Assembly: GCA_037144045.1 (NCBI GenBank)
Contig: JBAWXN010000004.1
Location: forward strand, 2,839 to 66,838
DNA length: 64,000 bases
Origin: a bacterium
GTDB lineage: Bacteria > Patescibacteriota > Minisyncoccia > Phycocordibacterales > UBA1006
Direction of reading: 5' to 3'
Positions 18,762-28,830 of the stretch are shown piece after piece; position 1 is the stretch's first letter; each line of letters begins with the position of its first letter. The translations under genes and the position numbers were made by a program. The notes under the pieces were generated by a model. The model saw nothing but the letters and a program-made list of their open reading frames with translations. It was not told the origin of the DNA and did not search any database.

Positions 18762-20666
18762 ATGAAAATCCTGACCGTTATCCCTATTGCAAAAGGAATT
18801 CCCCGCGACGAACTGTCGTATTTTTCCGCTAAACCCGTGTCGCTCGGCATGCTCGTTACGGCACCTTTTGGAAAACGGACTATTAAAGGAGTCGTGGTAA
18901 ACAACGAGGACGTACGTGACCTGAAAGGCTCCATCAAACAAAGTAATTTTGCATTACGCAATATAACCACAATACACAGCAATACCATCCTCGCGCATAG
19001 TATTTTTTCGGCAGCACAAAAAACCGCTGAGTTTTTTGCTACACGTGTAGGACCTATTTTGGAAACCATGCTTCCCAATCAGGTATTTGATTACTACATT
19101 AGTCACCCGAGTTCATTACAAGAAAAAAGAATCCATAATCCAAACATTCAATCTATCCAAGTACCTCATTCGGAACGGGTATCTATGTATAAAACACTCA
19201 TCCGAGAAAATCTTGCCAAACATGTTTCTACTCTAATCGTAGTTCCAACCGTTGCCCATGCAGAACAATTTGCAGAACTCCTAGCAACAGGAATTACTGA
19301 GAAATTAGTGGTGCTTCATAGTAAAAAAACAAAAAAGCATATCGAAAAAAGTATTACCACCGTTCTTGAGCAGAAAAATCCCGTGTGTGTAATTGCCACG
19401 GCTCCATTTACTACATTAGTACGTAACGACTGGGATACGATTATTATTGAAGAATCAAGTTCATCATATTACCGTTACGGATTTGGACCAATTTTTGATA
19501 TGCGGTTTTTTGTAGAATATCTTGCTAAGGATTTTGGGAGTCGCCTTATTTATGCTGACACCCTCCTTGATACTACTATTCATGCGCGAATAAAACATCG
19601 TGAAATATTTGAAATGCGAACTACGTGGCATATTAAAAAACCAGAAGATTTCACCATCATCGATATGAAGGCGAAATCAGATAAGCAAGAACTCGTTAAG
19701 AAAACTTTTTCTGTACTCCACGAAACTACGTATCGAAAACTCGAGGAATCGTTAGCGCATCAATTTTCAGCACTCCTTCTTACTACCCGTAAAGGAATAG
19801 CGCCGGTAACGGTATGCTCTGATTGCGGAACACTGGTATCATGTCCTCAATGTGGGGCGGCGCTCGTACTCCATCGTAAGAAAAACAAGGACGTATCAAA
19901 TCACGAAACGCGCACCTATATGTGCCACCATTGTATGTATACTACCCCGCCCTATGATCGATGTCAGGTGTGTACCAGTTGGAAACTTACCCTGTTAGGT
20001 ATATCTACCGATTCAATACGTATGGAAATTGAAGAACAGTTCCCAACCATTCCCATATATGTATGCGATGGTGATACGAGTACTCCAGCAAGTCTTACGA
20101 AAGCAATTGCACTCTGGAAAAAAAGCCCAAGTATTTTGATCGCAACCCCTATGGTGTTGCCTTACATTACGAACGCCGATTTTGGATGCATTGTCTCTAT
20201 GGATTCACTGTTGTCACTTCCAACCTATACCGGAAGCGAACACGGTCTTCATACCGCACTCACTTTTTTGGAAAAAAATGTACACACCGCAATTATTCAA
20301 ACACGGTCACTCGAACACGATGTTATGCACGCCATTGCCCATGAAAGTATTTTTGAATTCATGAATAATGAAATTGAATCAAGGACTTTATTTGGATACC
20401 CTCCTACAAAGGCTCTTATTAAAATTTCATGTGAAGTACCCCAAGCACAAGCAGTAAACGCTTCAGCGTCGTTTGAAAAAATGTTTCAAGAATGGAGTCC
20501 TGATATCCTTGCTAAGCGTTCTAAACAACCAGAATCTATTATTATTCAAACAATCCTTAAAATAGATTCTGATTATTGGAAAACGCTTGATACTCCGCTG
20601 CGATTAATCCTTAAAGAAATCATGTCCGATTGCATTATCGAGGTAAATCCTGAGAGTATTTTATAA
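18762..20666 (+). CDS. priA: primosomal protein N' (degenerate helicase motifs)
   Basis: VTAPFGKR N-domain; Zn finger CSDCG..CPQC..CHHC..CQVC; FGYPP. Confidence 0.85.
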   Translation: MKILTVIPIAKGIPRDELSYFSAKPVSLGMLVTAPFGKRTIKGVVVNNEDVRDLKGSIKQSNFALRNITTIHSNTILAHSIFSAAQKTAEFFATRVGPILETMLPNQVFDYYISHPSSLQEKRIHNPNIQSIQVPHSERVSMYKTLIRENLAKHVSTLIVVPTVAHAEQFAELLATGITEKLVVLHSKKTKKHIEKSITTVLEQKNPVCVIATAPFTTLVRNDWDTIIIEESSSSYYRYGFGPIFDMRFFVEYLAKDFGSRLIYADTLLDTTIHARIKHREIFEMRTTWHIKKPEDFTIIDMKAKSDKQELVKKTFSVLHETTYRKLEESLAHQFSALLLTTRKGIAPVTVCSDCGTLVSCPQCGAALVLHRKKNKDVSNHETRTYMCHHCMYTTPPYDRCQVCTSWKLTLLGISTDSIRMEIEEQFPTIPIYVCDGDTSTPASLTKAIALWKKSPSILIATPMVLPYITNADFGCIVSMDSLLSLPTYTGSEHGLHTALTFLEKNVHTAIIQTRSLEHDVMHAIAHESIFEFMNNEIESRTLFGYPPTKALIKISCEVPQAQAVNASASFEKMFQEWSPDILAKRSKQPESIIIQTILKIDSDYWKTLDTPLRLILKEIMSDCIIEVNPESIL

Positions 20667-20692
20667 AATAATTATGCTACAGTAGAATCATT

Positions 20693-21565
20693 ATGATACT
20701 CACGACACACAACGAACCCAACTACGAACTCCTCGATTCTGGTGACGGTAAAAAACTAGAACGCTATGGTGAATACGTGCTTGCACGACCCGATCCTCAA
20801 GCGCTCTGGAAACCACTACTTGGCGCAAACGAATGGAACAAGGCCGATGCGTTGTTTATTCGCAATGGAAAGAAAACAGAATGGAAAACAAAAAAAGGGC
20901 TTCCCGATGCTTGGACGATTGCATTTGGTGGACTTACCATAGAAATCGTTCCTACGACATTCAAACACACAGGATTATTCCCGGAACATGCAACTACATG
21001 GAGCTGGATGCGCGACACCATTAAAAAAAGTAAGCGCCCCAATTCAGTAATCAACCTATTTGGATACACCGGAGGTGCAAGCCTCGCATGCGCACAAGCC
21101 GGTGCTGCGGTGTGTCATATTGACGGGTCTAAACTTGCCATTGAATGGGCAAAGAAAAACCAGAAACTCTCTGGGCTTGAACCTGATGCGGTTCGATGGA
21201 TCCTCGATGATGCACTTCTATTCTTAAAACGAGAAGTAAAACGTGGTAACAAATATGACGCCATTATTATGGACCCACCTGCTTTTGGTCGTGGTCCTGG
21301 TGGTGAAGTATGGAAAATAGAAGAACAATTCCAAGACCTTCTTGAGCTGTGTCGTAACGTGCTTTCTGATAAACCACTGTTTATCATTATCAACGGATAT
21401 GCTTCAGGATTTTCATCGATTGCGTATCAAAATAACCTTATTCCCTTCCAAAAGAAATTCGGGGGCACTATCGAACATGGTGAACTTACCCTTGAGGAAT
21501 CTGTATCAAAACGACTCCTTCCTTGTGGTATTTTTGCTCGGTGGAGTACACTTGCAGGAAAATAA
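20693..21565 (+). CDS. class I SAM-dependent (probably rRNA) methyltransferase, RlmI/RlmK-like
   Basis: YELLDSGDGKKLERYG, NLFGYTGG, MDPPAFGRG. Confidence 0.85.
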   Translation: MILTTHNEPNYELLDSGDGKKLERYGEYVLARPDPQALWKPLLGANEWNKADALFIRNGKKTEWKTKKGLPDAWTIAFGGLTIEIVPTTFKHTGLFPEHATTWSWMRDTIKKSKRPNSVINLFGYTGGASLACAQAGAAVCHIDGSKLAIEWAKKNQKLSGLEPDAVRWILDDALLFLKREVKRGNKYDAIIMDPPAFGRGPGGEVWKIEEQFQDLLELCRNVLSDKPLFIIINGYASGFSSIAYQNNLIPFQKKFGGTIEHGELTLEESVSKRLLPCGIFARWSTLAGK

Positions 21566-21589
21566 TTTATATGCTACAGTAACACAACT

Positions 21590-21820
21590 ATGGCAATAAA
21601 TGTGGAAATCACAAAAAACAACAACGAAAACGGAGCAAGTGTTTTGCGCCGTTTCGTAAAGAAAGTTCGAGGAGCTGGATTCCTTCAAGAAGTACGTAAC
21701 CGACGTTACTACTCTCGAAAACCTTCAGCGCTTCGCCGAAAAAATTCTAAGATCGTAGTTTTAGCACGAACAGCTACTTATAACGAAGATCTTAAAATGG
21801 GTAAAACGATCGAAAAATAG
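21590..21820 (+). CDS. rpsU: 30S ribosomal protein bS21
   Basis: SVLRRFVKKV..G..QEVRNRRYYSRKPS. Confidence 0.8.
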   Translation: MAINVEITKNNNENGASVLRRFVKKVRGAGFLQEVRNRRYYSRKPSALRRKNSKIVVLARTATYNEDLKMGKTIEK

Positions 21821-21825
21821 TCTCT

Positions 21826-22218
21826 ATGCAGAAACACCTCGAAAATCTCACGATCACTCGAGAAACTCGTGGCAAGCTTCCCAGCTTGCCATTTCTGCGT
21901 ATGAAAAATACAATCCTTGGTGAAAATTATGAATTATCACTCGTGTTCGTTGGAAGAAATAAAGCAATTCAGCTTCATAAGGACTGGAAATCTAAAAATG
22001 ACCCAGTGAACATTCTCAGTTTCCCTCTTTCCAAGACCGAAGGTGAAATAATTATTTCCCTTGAAAAGGCTCGGAGCGAGTGCAAACATTTTGACCGTAC
22101 CTATGAAAACTATCTTGCATTTCTTTTTATTCACGGATGCACCCACCTCAAAGGTTTTGTTCATGGGAATAAAATGGAACAAGAAGAAAAGAAATATCGT
22201 GGTATGTTTGGTATCTAA
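21826..22218 (+). CDS. ybeY: rRNA maturation RNase YbeY
   Basis: NILSFP, GEIII, IHGCTHLKGFVH. Confidence 0.9.
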   Translation: MQKHLENLTITRETRGKLPSLPFLRMKNTILGENYELSLVFVGRNKAIQLHKDWKSKNDPVNILSFPLSKTEGEIIISLEKARSECKHFDRTYENYLAFLFIHGCTHLKGFVHGNKMEQEEKKYRGMFGI

Positions 22219-22276
22219 CCCCTCAGTCTCGCTTCGCTCGACAGCTCCCCTTATAAAGGGGAGCCAAGGCTCCGAT
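22217..22276 (+). repeat. left REP-like inverted repeat
   Basis: AACCCCTCAGTCTCGCTTCGCTCGACAGCTCCCCTTATAAAGGGGAGCCAAGGCTCCGAT; internal hairpin GCTCCCCTT-ATA-AAGGGGAGC. Confidence 0.95.
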
Positions 22277-22634
22277 TGGGTTCACGACATAATAGCTCCA
22301 TTTTTATTTTCTGGGTTACAGATGGTAAATTATTTCTTATATCTTCATTTAAAAATCTCAATATGAGAATTTTTTTATTTTGTAAATAAATATCCCTTTC
22401 TTTATCATATATAACCTGATTCAAATGATGAGCACCATCGAGCTCAATTCCTACTCTATATCTAGGGGAATAAAAATCTAATATATAGGCACCAATTGAA
22501 TACTGTCTTCGAAATCGAGCATTATTAATATATTTTTTCAAGATACTCCAAATAATCCTTTCCTCACCAGTTAAAGCTCTTCTTAATGATTTTCTACGAA
22601 CTTTTAAAATAGATTGATTGTAAAGCTGTGTCAT
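22251..22634 (-). CDS. DUF559 / Vsr-like PD-(D/E)xK endonuclease
   Basis: RKSLRRALTGEERIIW, FRRQYSIGAYILDFY, IELDGAHH, DKERD..L, LRFLN. Confidence 0.9.
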   Translation of the reverse strand: MTQLYNQSILKVRRKSLRRALTGEERIIWSILKKYINNARFRRQYSIGAYILDFYSPRYRVGIELDGAHHLNQVIYDKERDIYLQNKKILILRFLNEDIRNNLPSVTQKIKMELLCREPNRSLGSPL

Positions 22635-22678
22635 AGAATATAATTACAACACAATGAGTTAAATAAAATTTAAATTCT

Positions 22679-22738
22679 ATCGAAGCCTTGGCTCCCCTTT
22701 ATAAGGGGAGCTGTCGAGCGAAGCGAGACTGAGGGGTT
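22679..22738 (-). repeat. right REP-like inverted repeat
   Basis: Reverse complement of 22217-22276 with one mismatch. Confidence 0.95.
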
Positions 22739-22779
22739 TATTTTGATAATTGAGAAAAATTTTATATAATACAAGCATC

Positions 22780-23961
22780 ATGGCTCGAGACTCTAAAAAA
22801 ATTGTAGTAGGTATCGATATCGGATCACAAATGACTCGGGTAATCGTCGCGGAAGAATCCGTAAAATTGGGCTATCCTCCAAAAATACTTTCCATCGGAT
22901 ATGCAGAATCGTTCGGTATGCGTCATGGATATGTCGTGTCGCCTCGGGATGCAACCGCGTCAGTAAGCGAAGCACTGCGCATGGCTGAAAAATCAAGTGG
23001 CGTGGAAATCAAACGCGCCTACGTTGCACTTGGCGGCATTAGTTTATCATCTGAAATTGCAGGAGGTGCCGCAGGAATTGCTCGCCCTGATGGTGAAGTT
23101 ACCGATGAAGACATTCATAATGTTATGACCATTGCTGAACAAGCATTTAGCAGTAGTAAAAAGAATCGGAAAATTCTTCACGCAATCCCATTAAAATATC
23201 GCCTTGATGGTTACGAAGTTATGGGTAACCCAATTGGAATGCGCGGCAGTAGACTTGAAATTCGTGTGGTATTTGTTACCGTACTCGAACATCATTTTAA
23301 CGATATTGTTTCTGTGATTACTGATGCTGGCGTAGATATTATTGACGTCATTGCAGCCCCTATTGCTGAAAGTATGGCAACACTCACCAAGAAGCAAAAA
23401 ACTGTTGGTTGCGGCCTACTCAATATCGGGTCTGAAACCGTTTCACTCGCAGTGTTTGATAACGATACTCCGGTATCAGTAGAAACATTTTCTATTGGCT
23501 CAAATGACATTACTAATGACATCGCGCTCGGACTACGCATTTCACTTGATGAAGCTGAACGAGTAAAGGTAGGTAAATTTGAAACCGGGCAATTTCCCAA
23601 GAAGAAGATTGAAGAAATAATCGATGCACGTCTGTCTGATATTTTTGACCTCATCCAAAATCACTTAAAGGCTATTAAACGTGACGGACTCCTCCCTGCT
23701 GGAATTATTATTACTGGTGGAGGCGGTATGCTTGCCCACATTGATGAGTTTTCAAAAGCTGCGCTCAAATTACCTAGTGCTGTAATGCATGTTGACCAAG
23801 TAATGAACACACGACGTGACCTGGATCCTTCATGGCTCGTGGTATATGGACTGTGCTTCCTTGAAGACGATGATCAAGTATACGGATCAAAGATATTCAA
23901 AGCAGCCATGAAAGAAACTAAAAACGGCCTCATGAAGATCCTTAGAGAATTTTTACCATAA
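22780..23961 (+). CDS. ftsA: cell division protein FtsA
   Basis: VGIDIGS, NPIGMRGSRLE, ITNDIA, IITGGG; directly upstream of ftsZ. Confidence 0.95.
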   Translation: MARDSKKIVVGIDIGSQMTRVIVAEESVKLGYPPKILSIGYAESFGMRHGYVVSPRDATASVSEALRMAEKSSGVEIKRAYVALGGISLSSEIAGGAAGIARPDGEVTDEDIHNVMTIAEQAFSSSKKNRKILHAIPLKYRLDGYEVMGNPIGMRGSRLEIRVVFVTVLEHHFNDIVSVITDAGVDIIDVIAAPIAESMATLTKKQKTVGCGLLNIGSETVSLAVFDNDTPVSVETFSIGSNDITNDIALGLRISLDEAERVKVGKFETGQFPKKKIEEIIDARLSDIFDLIQNHLKAIKRDGLLPAGIIITGGGGMLAHIDEFSKAALKLPSAVMHVDQVMNTRRDLDPSWLVVYGLCFLEDDDQVYGSKIFKAAMKETKNGLMKILREFLP

Positions 23962-24126
23962 CAACCCTGATAATTCATGGGTTTTTATGTTGTACAAAAT
24001 ATAATTACATAACTTTTATAGTATTCGTCAATCTTCTAAGAATTGCTTGTTTTATAGGTTTGAGCTATTATATGCGTATTCACTTAATAAGACAGGGATT
24101 CCCTATTTAACGAATACACTTTCACT

Positions 24127-25296
24127 ATGGCTAAAATAAATCCAGATATTCAAAGTTTCGCTCGCATCAAGGTTATTGGTGTCGGTGGATCAGGAAAAAA
24201 TGCACTCAATCACATGATCGACTCAAAAGTTGATGGTGTTGAATTTATTTGCATGAACACTGACACTCAAGACCTTCATCACTCAAAAGCAACTAAAAAA
24301 ATTCACATTGGTCGCAACCTCACTAAAGGTCAAGGAACTGGAATGAATCCAGAAATTGGACGTGAAGCTGCAGAAGAAACCAAAGCTGAAATTCAAGAAG
24401 CCATTAAAGGAGCTGACATGGTATTCATTGCTTGTGGTATGGGTGGAGGAACCGGAACTGGAGCTGCACCAATCGTTGCACGCACTGCTCGAGAACTCGG
24501 AGCACTTACTATCGCTGTAGTAACGAAGCCATTTGCATTTGAAGGACAACAACGACTTCGCATCGCTGACCAAGGACTTTCAGACCTTGAAAAAGAAGTT
24601 GATGCTATGATTACGGTTCCTAATGATCGACTCCTTTCAATTACTTCGAAAGACACTTCATTCAAAGACGCCTTTGCAATGTCAGATGAAATCCTCCGCC
24701 AAGCTGTTGAAGGTATTGCAGAACTTATTACTACTCAAGGAATAGTAAACATTGATTTCGCTGACATTCGTTCAGTGATGTCTGATGCAGGTGCTGCGTT
24801 TATGGGTATCGGAACGGCTACAGGTGAAAACCGAGCCGAAGAAGCAGCTTACAATGCTATCAATTCCCCTCTCCTTGACGTTGCTATTTCCGGAGCTAAA
24901 GGAGTGTTGTTTGCAATTTCAGGTGGTGACGATGTTACCATGCATGAAGTAAACAGTATTGCGAAAATTGTTACTGAATCGGTTGACCCTGATGCTAAGA
25001 TTATCTTTGGACCTATCCATGACGATAAACTTAAAAAAGGTGAAATTAAAGTTACTGTTATTGCAACTGGATTCACTCCTCAGAAAAAAGGAGCTTCTGT
25101 CCAACAAGCTATGGTACAACGATCTGCACCAGCACCTGTTGAACGAACTATTCCTATTGAAAAGCGAGAAATTCATAACAGTCTCCCTGTTGAACCTCGC
25201 AAACCTGTTGAAAAAGTTATCGAAGAAATCGGTGAAGATGACGATGATGACTTTGGATCTGCAATCCCTGCATTCCTCCGAAGAAGTAAAAAATAA
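24127..25296 (+). CDS. ftsZ: cell division protein FtsZ
   Basis: GMGGGTGTG, NIDFAD, C-terminal IPAFLR. Confidence 0.98.
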   Translation: MAKINPDIQSFARIKVIGVGGSGKNALNHMIDSKVDGVEFICMNTDTQDLHHSKATKKIHIGRNLTKGQGTGMNPEIGREAAEETKAEIQEAIKGADMVFIACGMGGGTGTGAAPIVARTARELGALTIAVVTKPFAFEGQQRLRIADQGLSDLEKEVDAMITVPNDRLLSITSKDTSFKDAFAMSDEILRQAVEGIAELITTQGIVNIDFADIRSVMSDAGAAFMGIGTATGENRAEEAAYNAINSPLLDVAISGAKGVLFAISGGDDVTMHEVNSIAKIVTESVDPDAKIIFGPIHDDKLKKGEIKVTVIATGFTPQKKGASVQQAMVQRSAPAPVERTIPIEKREIHNSLPVEPRKPVEKVIEEIGEDDDDDFGSAIPAFLRRSKK

Positions 25297-25337
25297 GCAA
25301 ATTTCCCCTAATGGGGATTTTTTGTTACAATCATCTC

Positions 25338-26267
25338 ATGAATACTACTTACGATTTGGTGATCATTGGTGGTGGCCCTGCTGGAGCTGCTGCTGCAGTC
25401 TATGCTGCCCGAAAACAACTCAAGACTGTGCTTATTACCCCTGAATTTGGTGGACAATCAGTCGTATCTGAAACTATCTACAACTGGATTGGTACCCCTG
25501 AGATTTCAGGCGCTGACTTGGCAAAGAGTCTTGAAAAACATGTTAGTGCGTATGAAGGCCCTTTCCTTGACATTATCAAGGGTGAATACGTTAGTACAGT
25601 AACTAAATCTGGCGAATTATTCACTACCAAAACAACCAGTAAGTCATTTGAATCAAGAACTGTTCTTGTAACCACAGGAAGTGTACGCCGCAAACTTGAA
25701 ATTCCTGGTGCTGACACTTATGAAAATAAAGGAGTCGTTTATTGTGCATCATGTGACGGCCCTCTGTTTTCAGGACAAAATGTAGTTGTAGTTGGTGGTG
25801 GTAATGCAGCGTTCGAATCAGCAGCACAACTCGCGGCTTACTGTACTCACGTAACCATTGTTCACCGTAGTGACCACTTCAAAGCCGACGCCATTACGGT
25901 TGAAAAAGTTTCTGCAATGCCGAATGTGACTATTAAAACTTTTGTTGAACCTACTGAAATAATCGGTGAAGTATTTGTAACGGGAATGAAAGTAAAAAAT
26001 ACCCAGGATCAATCAGAGGAACTTATTCCTTGCGGTGGAGTATTTGTAGAAATTGGACAAATCCCTAATACGGGATATGTAAAAGACCTGGTGGAAACCA
26101 ATGAAATTGGAACTATTCGCATTGATCCATGGACTCAAGCGACTTCATGCAGTGGTATTTGGGCTGCTGGTGACTGTACCAATATTCACTACCACCAAAA
26201 CAACATTGCTGCTGGTGATGCAGTTAAGGCACTCGAGGATATTTATTTGTATCTTAAAGCCCGCTAA
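25338..26267 (+). CDS. trxB: thioredoxin reductase / AhpF-like FAD oxidoreductase
   Basis: IIGGGPAG, CASCDG, VGGGNAA, AAGD. Confidence 0.85.
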   Translation: MNTTYDLVIIGGGPAGAAAAVYAARKQLKTVLITPEFGGQSVVSETIYNWIGTPEISGADLAKSLEKHVSAYEGPFLDIIKGEYVSTVTKSGELFTTKTTSKSFESRTVLVTTGSVRRKLEIPGADTYENKGVVYCASCDGPLFSGQNVVVVGGGNAAFESAAQLAAYCTHVTIVHRSDHFKADAITVEKVSAMPNVTIKTFVEPTEIIGEVFVTGMKVKNTQDQSEELIPCGGVFVEIGQIPNTGYVKDLVETNEIGTIRIDPWTQATSCSGIWAAGDCTNIHYHQNNIAAGDAVKALEDIYLYLKAR

Positions 26268-26350
26268 TACTAGCCATGCTTCGGCATGGTTTTTATTTTT
26301 GACAAATTATTTAATGTTTGGTATTATATTTTCGAAACAAAATCTATTAC

Positions 26351-26929
26351 ATGATTACCGACCTTATTCTTTCACTAGACACGGAGTTCAATGGCGATAT
26401 TCCAGGAATAAATTCACTATGGTCTATAGGTGCAGCAGCCTTTAGTATAGAAAAAGACAACGATGAATTTAAACCAAAACTCATTGATCAATTTGAAGTC
26501 CATCTTAACGACCTCCCAGGAACAATTCATAGCCAAAGTAATATGGAGTTTTGGGAACAACATCAACAAGCATGGCAATACTGTAGAGAAAACAGTATCG
26601 AACCAAAACGTGCGATTGAATTATTTGATGTATGGCTTCATAAACTACCTAAAAAGTACATCGTTGCCACCTGGCCTGCAAATGCAGACGTTGGGTACGT
26701 CGAATATTACTTTGAACGATTTCTTAAAAAGCGCCCTTTTCCTGACTTTCTTTTAGACCTTCGTTCGTATTCTTTTGCAATGCTTAAACAAGAACAATGG
26801 AAAGATGCTGGAATGAAAGATTTACCTGAAGGATGGAAACCGTATAACCCAACACCTCATCGCGCCTGCGCTGACGCTATAGCACAAGGATACCTTGCAT
26901 GTAATCTTATTATTGCAAATCTTAAATAA
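26351..26929 (+). CDS. DEDDh 3'-5' exonuclease
   Basis: SLDTEFNG, ANAD, HRACADA. Confidence 0.8.
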   Translation: MITDLILSLDTEFNGDIPGINSLWSIGAAAFSIEKDNDEFKPKLIDQFEVHLNDLPGTIHSQSNMEFWEQHQQAWQYCRENSIEPKRAIELFDVWLHKLPKKYIVATWPANADVGYVEYYFERFLKKRPFPDFLLDLRSYSFAMLKQEQWKDAGMKDLPEGWKPYNPTPHRACADAIAQGYLACNLIIANLK

Positions 26930-27005
26930 CCCTTACCCTGATGGAACCACCATTGGGGAATTTTTATACACAAAAACAACCCGAGATGGGTTGTTTTTGA
27001 TTCTG

Positions 27006-27077
27006 TGACCCTACTGGGAGTCGCACCCAGCTTCCAAGATTGAAAATCTTGTGTCCTAACTGATAGACGATAGGGCC
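27006..27077 (-). tRNA. tRNA-Glu(TTC)
   Basis: Acceptor GGCCCTA/TAGGGTC; anticodon arm CAAGA-TTTTCAA-TCTTG; T arm CTGGG-TGCGACT-CCCAG; no encoded CCA. Confidence 0.9.
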
Positions 27078-27154
27078 AATACTTTAATTAAAAAGCTTTG
27101 AGAATATAACATGTTTTTACAAAAAAGAAAAGCCCTTTTCGGGCTCAAAATAAG

Positions 27155-27517
27155 TTAATGAATCGTAATCACGTCCTGACTCAAATCTACCGCATCCTGG
27201 TAGCATAAATCGACACTATTATGCGGGTAGATAAGAAAAACTACCTGATAATACTTTATAAAATGAGCAACTTGTTCCAAGGCGTTTTTCTTGCGTAATT
27301 GATCGGTAAAATGTTCACTCTCGGTAGCAGGCATAAACCCTGCTGAACGGAGTACTTGTGAAATAGTTTGAGCACGAACACTTTTAGTATCACATACTAC
27401 TACCCCCGTTGGTTGCTTAAGCTTATCTAATGCTGTAGTAACCGCATCTTTTGTGAATTTATACGTATCATCAATGATAACAATTCGTGATATTTTTTTC
27501 GTTCTCTGCATATTCAT
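27155..27517 (-). CDS. hypothetical protein
   Basis: 120-aa ORF with upstream TTGACT...TGATATTGT promoter-like sequence. Confidence 0.6.
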   Translation of the reverse strand: MNMQRTKKISRIVIIDDTYKFTKDAVTTALDKLKQPTGVVVCDTKSVRAQTISQVLRSAGFMPATESEHFTDQLRKKNALEQVAHFIKYYQVVFLIYPHNSVDLCYQDAVDLSQDVITIH

Positions 27518-27597
27518 CGTTTAAATGCACAATATCACGTTTTAATAAAAAGTCAATTCTCCAGAAAAAAACCTGGCCGAAGCCAGGAATTTGTTAA

Positions 27598-28728
27598 TTA
27601 AATTTTTGATAACTCGAAATTATGATAACCTCGATTCCCGGTTACTTCCTTGCGTACATCAAGAAATTTTGGAACAGGGATAGAACCATGCATTTCAAGA
27701 ATTGGTGATACGTTCAGATTACGGAACACATCCACTTTGTAGTAGTGTCCGTTTGATGAAAAACAATAACGGTCTTTCACTAACGTGACGTGTTGTGAAT
27801 CCTTACGTGTAGCAATCATATCTCCATATTCGGCTTCTGAAAGCGTTCGCAGGATTTTAACACGACCACCACTTGCATGAGGTGTTTTCTCGGCCCATGA
27901 ATAGGAATAGGTCCCCATCCATTCACGTTCACGTACCCATTCTTCGGTAGTACCTCCTGTTACTAAGTACGTCTGCGTAATAGTAACTTTTTCGAACGGA
28001 TCACTCATGCGCACCTCATCAAACGAGTTGAGCAAAAACTTGCGTTCATGTTGAATCGGAAACGGTTCACCCAACATGTCGAACACGTATTGTGTAGCAA
28101 TTTGCATTTTGTCATCAAACAAGATGGGATTATTGTCTTCATCTCTATTTTTAACAGATCTGAGTTCCTCAACACCGAACCAAGCCTGAAACGAACGCGT
28201 ATTCAAAATGCGTGCTAATTCCTTACTTTCATCACGTTGATTATTGTTTTCATACGTAAAATATTCTTCCGCACCATCTGCTGCTGTAGTAAGGAATACC
28301 CCACCTTTGTATTCAGAACGAATTTGTTCTAGTGATAAACCCAAGGGTTCGAGTACTTTCTTTTGGAAATCTACTTGTTGATTATCTGAATTCATATACG
28401 CTGAACCCGACAATTTTGCACGGTCACAAATAAGTACTACACGTTTTTTAAACTTGGCTTGTAATTTACGCGCCAATACCATGTACTGGTCTTCATACTG
28501 CGCCTGCAGTTTAAAAATTAAGAGTTGATAATCAACATCTTCAAAATCCTTCGGATGTAATCCAGAAGCTTTAACAATAGTTGCCATTTCTGGAACCACG
28601 AGTGGAATAATGCCTCGCTCTATGAGTCGCGCTTTTACCATTTCAATACCTGTTGTTTTTCCAGAACAGATACCTCCATCAAAGAAAATCTTGTCGACCG
28701 GTTGGTCGCTGTTAAATTCATGTTGCAT
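27598..28728 (-). CDS. AAA_28 (NadR/Ttd14-like) P-loop kinase fused to a CYTH-like domain
   Basis: GGICSGKTT, VPEMAT, ICDR, TTAADGAE; C-terminal HERKFL..ITQTYL..KDRYCF..KVDVF. Confidence 0.8.
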   Translation of the reverse strand: MQHEFNSDQPVDKIFFDGGICSGKTTGIEMVKARLIERGIIPLVVPEMATIVKASGLHPKDFEDVDYQLLIFKLQAQYEDQYMVLARKLQAKFKKRVVLICDRAKLSGSAYMNSDNQQVDFQKKVLEPLGLSLEQIRSEYKGGVFLTTAADGAEEYFTYENNNQRDESKELARILNTRSFQAWFGVEELRSVKNRDEDNNPILFDDKMQIATQYVFDMLGEPFPIQHERKFLLNSFDEVRMSDPFEKVTITQTYLVTGGTTEEWVREREWMGTYSYSWAEKTPHASGGRVKILRTLSEAEYGDMIATRKDSQHVTLVKDRYCFSSNGHYYKVDVFRNLNVSPILEMHGSIPVPKFLDVRKEVTGNRGYHNFELSKI

Positions 28729-28830
28729 ATACCATTGTTTTTTAAAGAACACTATGAAATTATCATTAAATAACTCATTTGTCAAAAAATAACCTTGCCC
28801 AGTGGGCAAGGTATGCAAGTATTACCATTT

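Larger units (their letters stand above)
22217..22738. mobile_element. putative minimal mobile element: DUF559 gene between 60-bp inverted repeats
   Basis: 22217-22276 and 22679-22738 are reverse complements at 59 of 60 positions. Confidence 0.65.

Noticed and set aside
22217-22738. Standard IS element
   Set aside because: No DDE, HUH or serine transposase and no convincing target-site duplication; kept only as a putative non-canonical element
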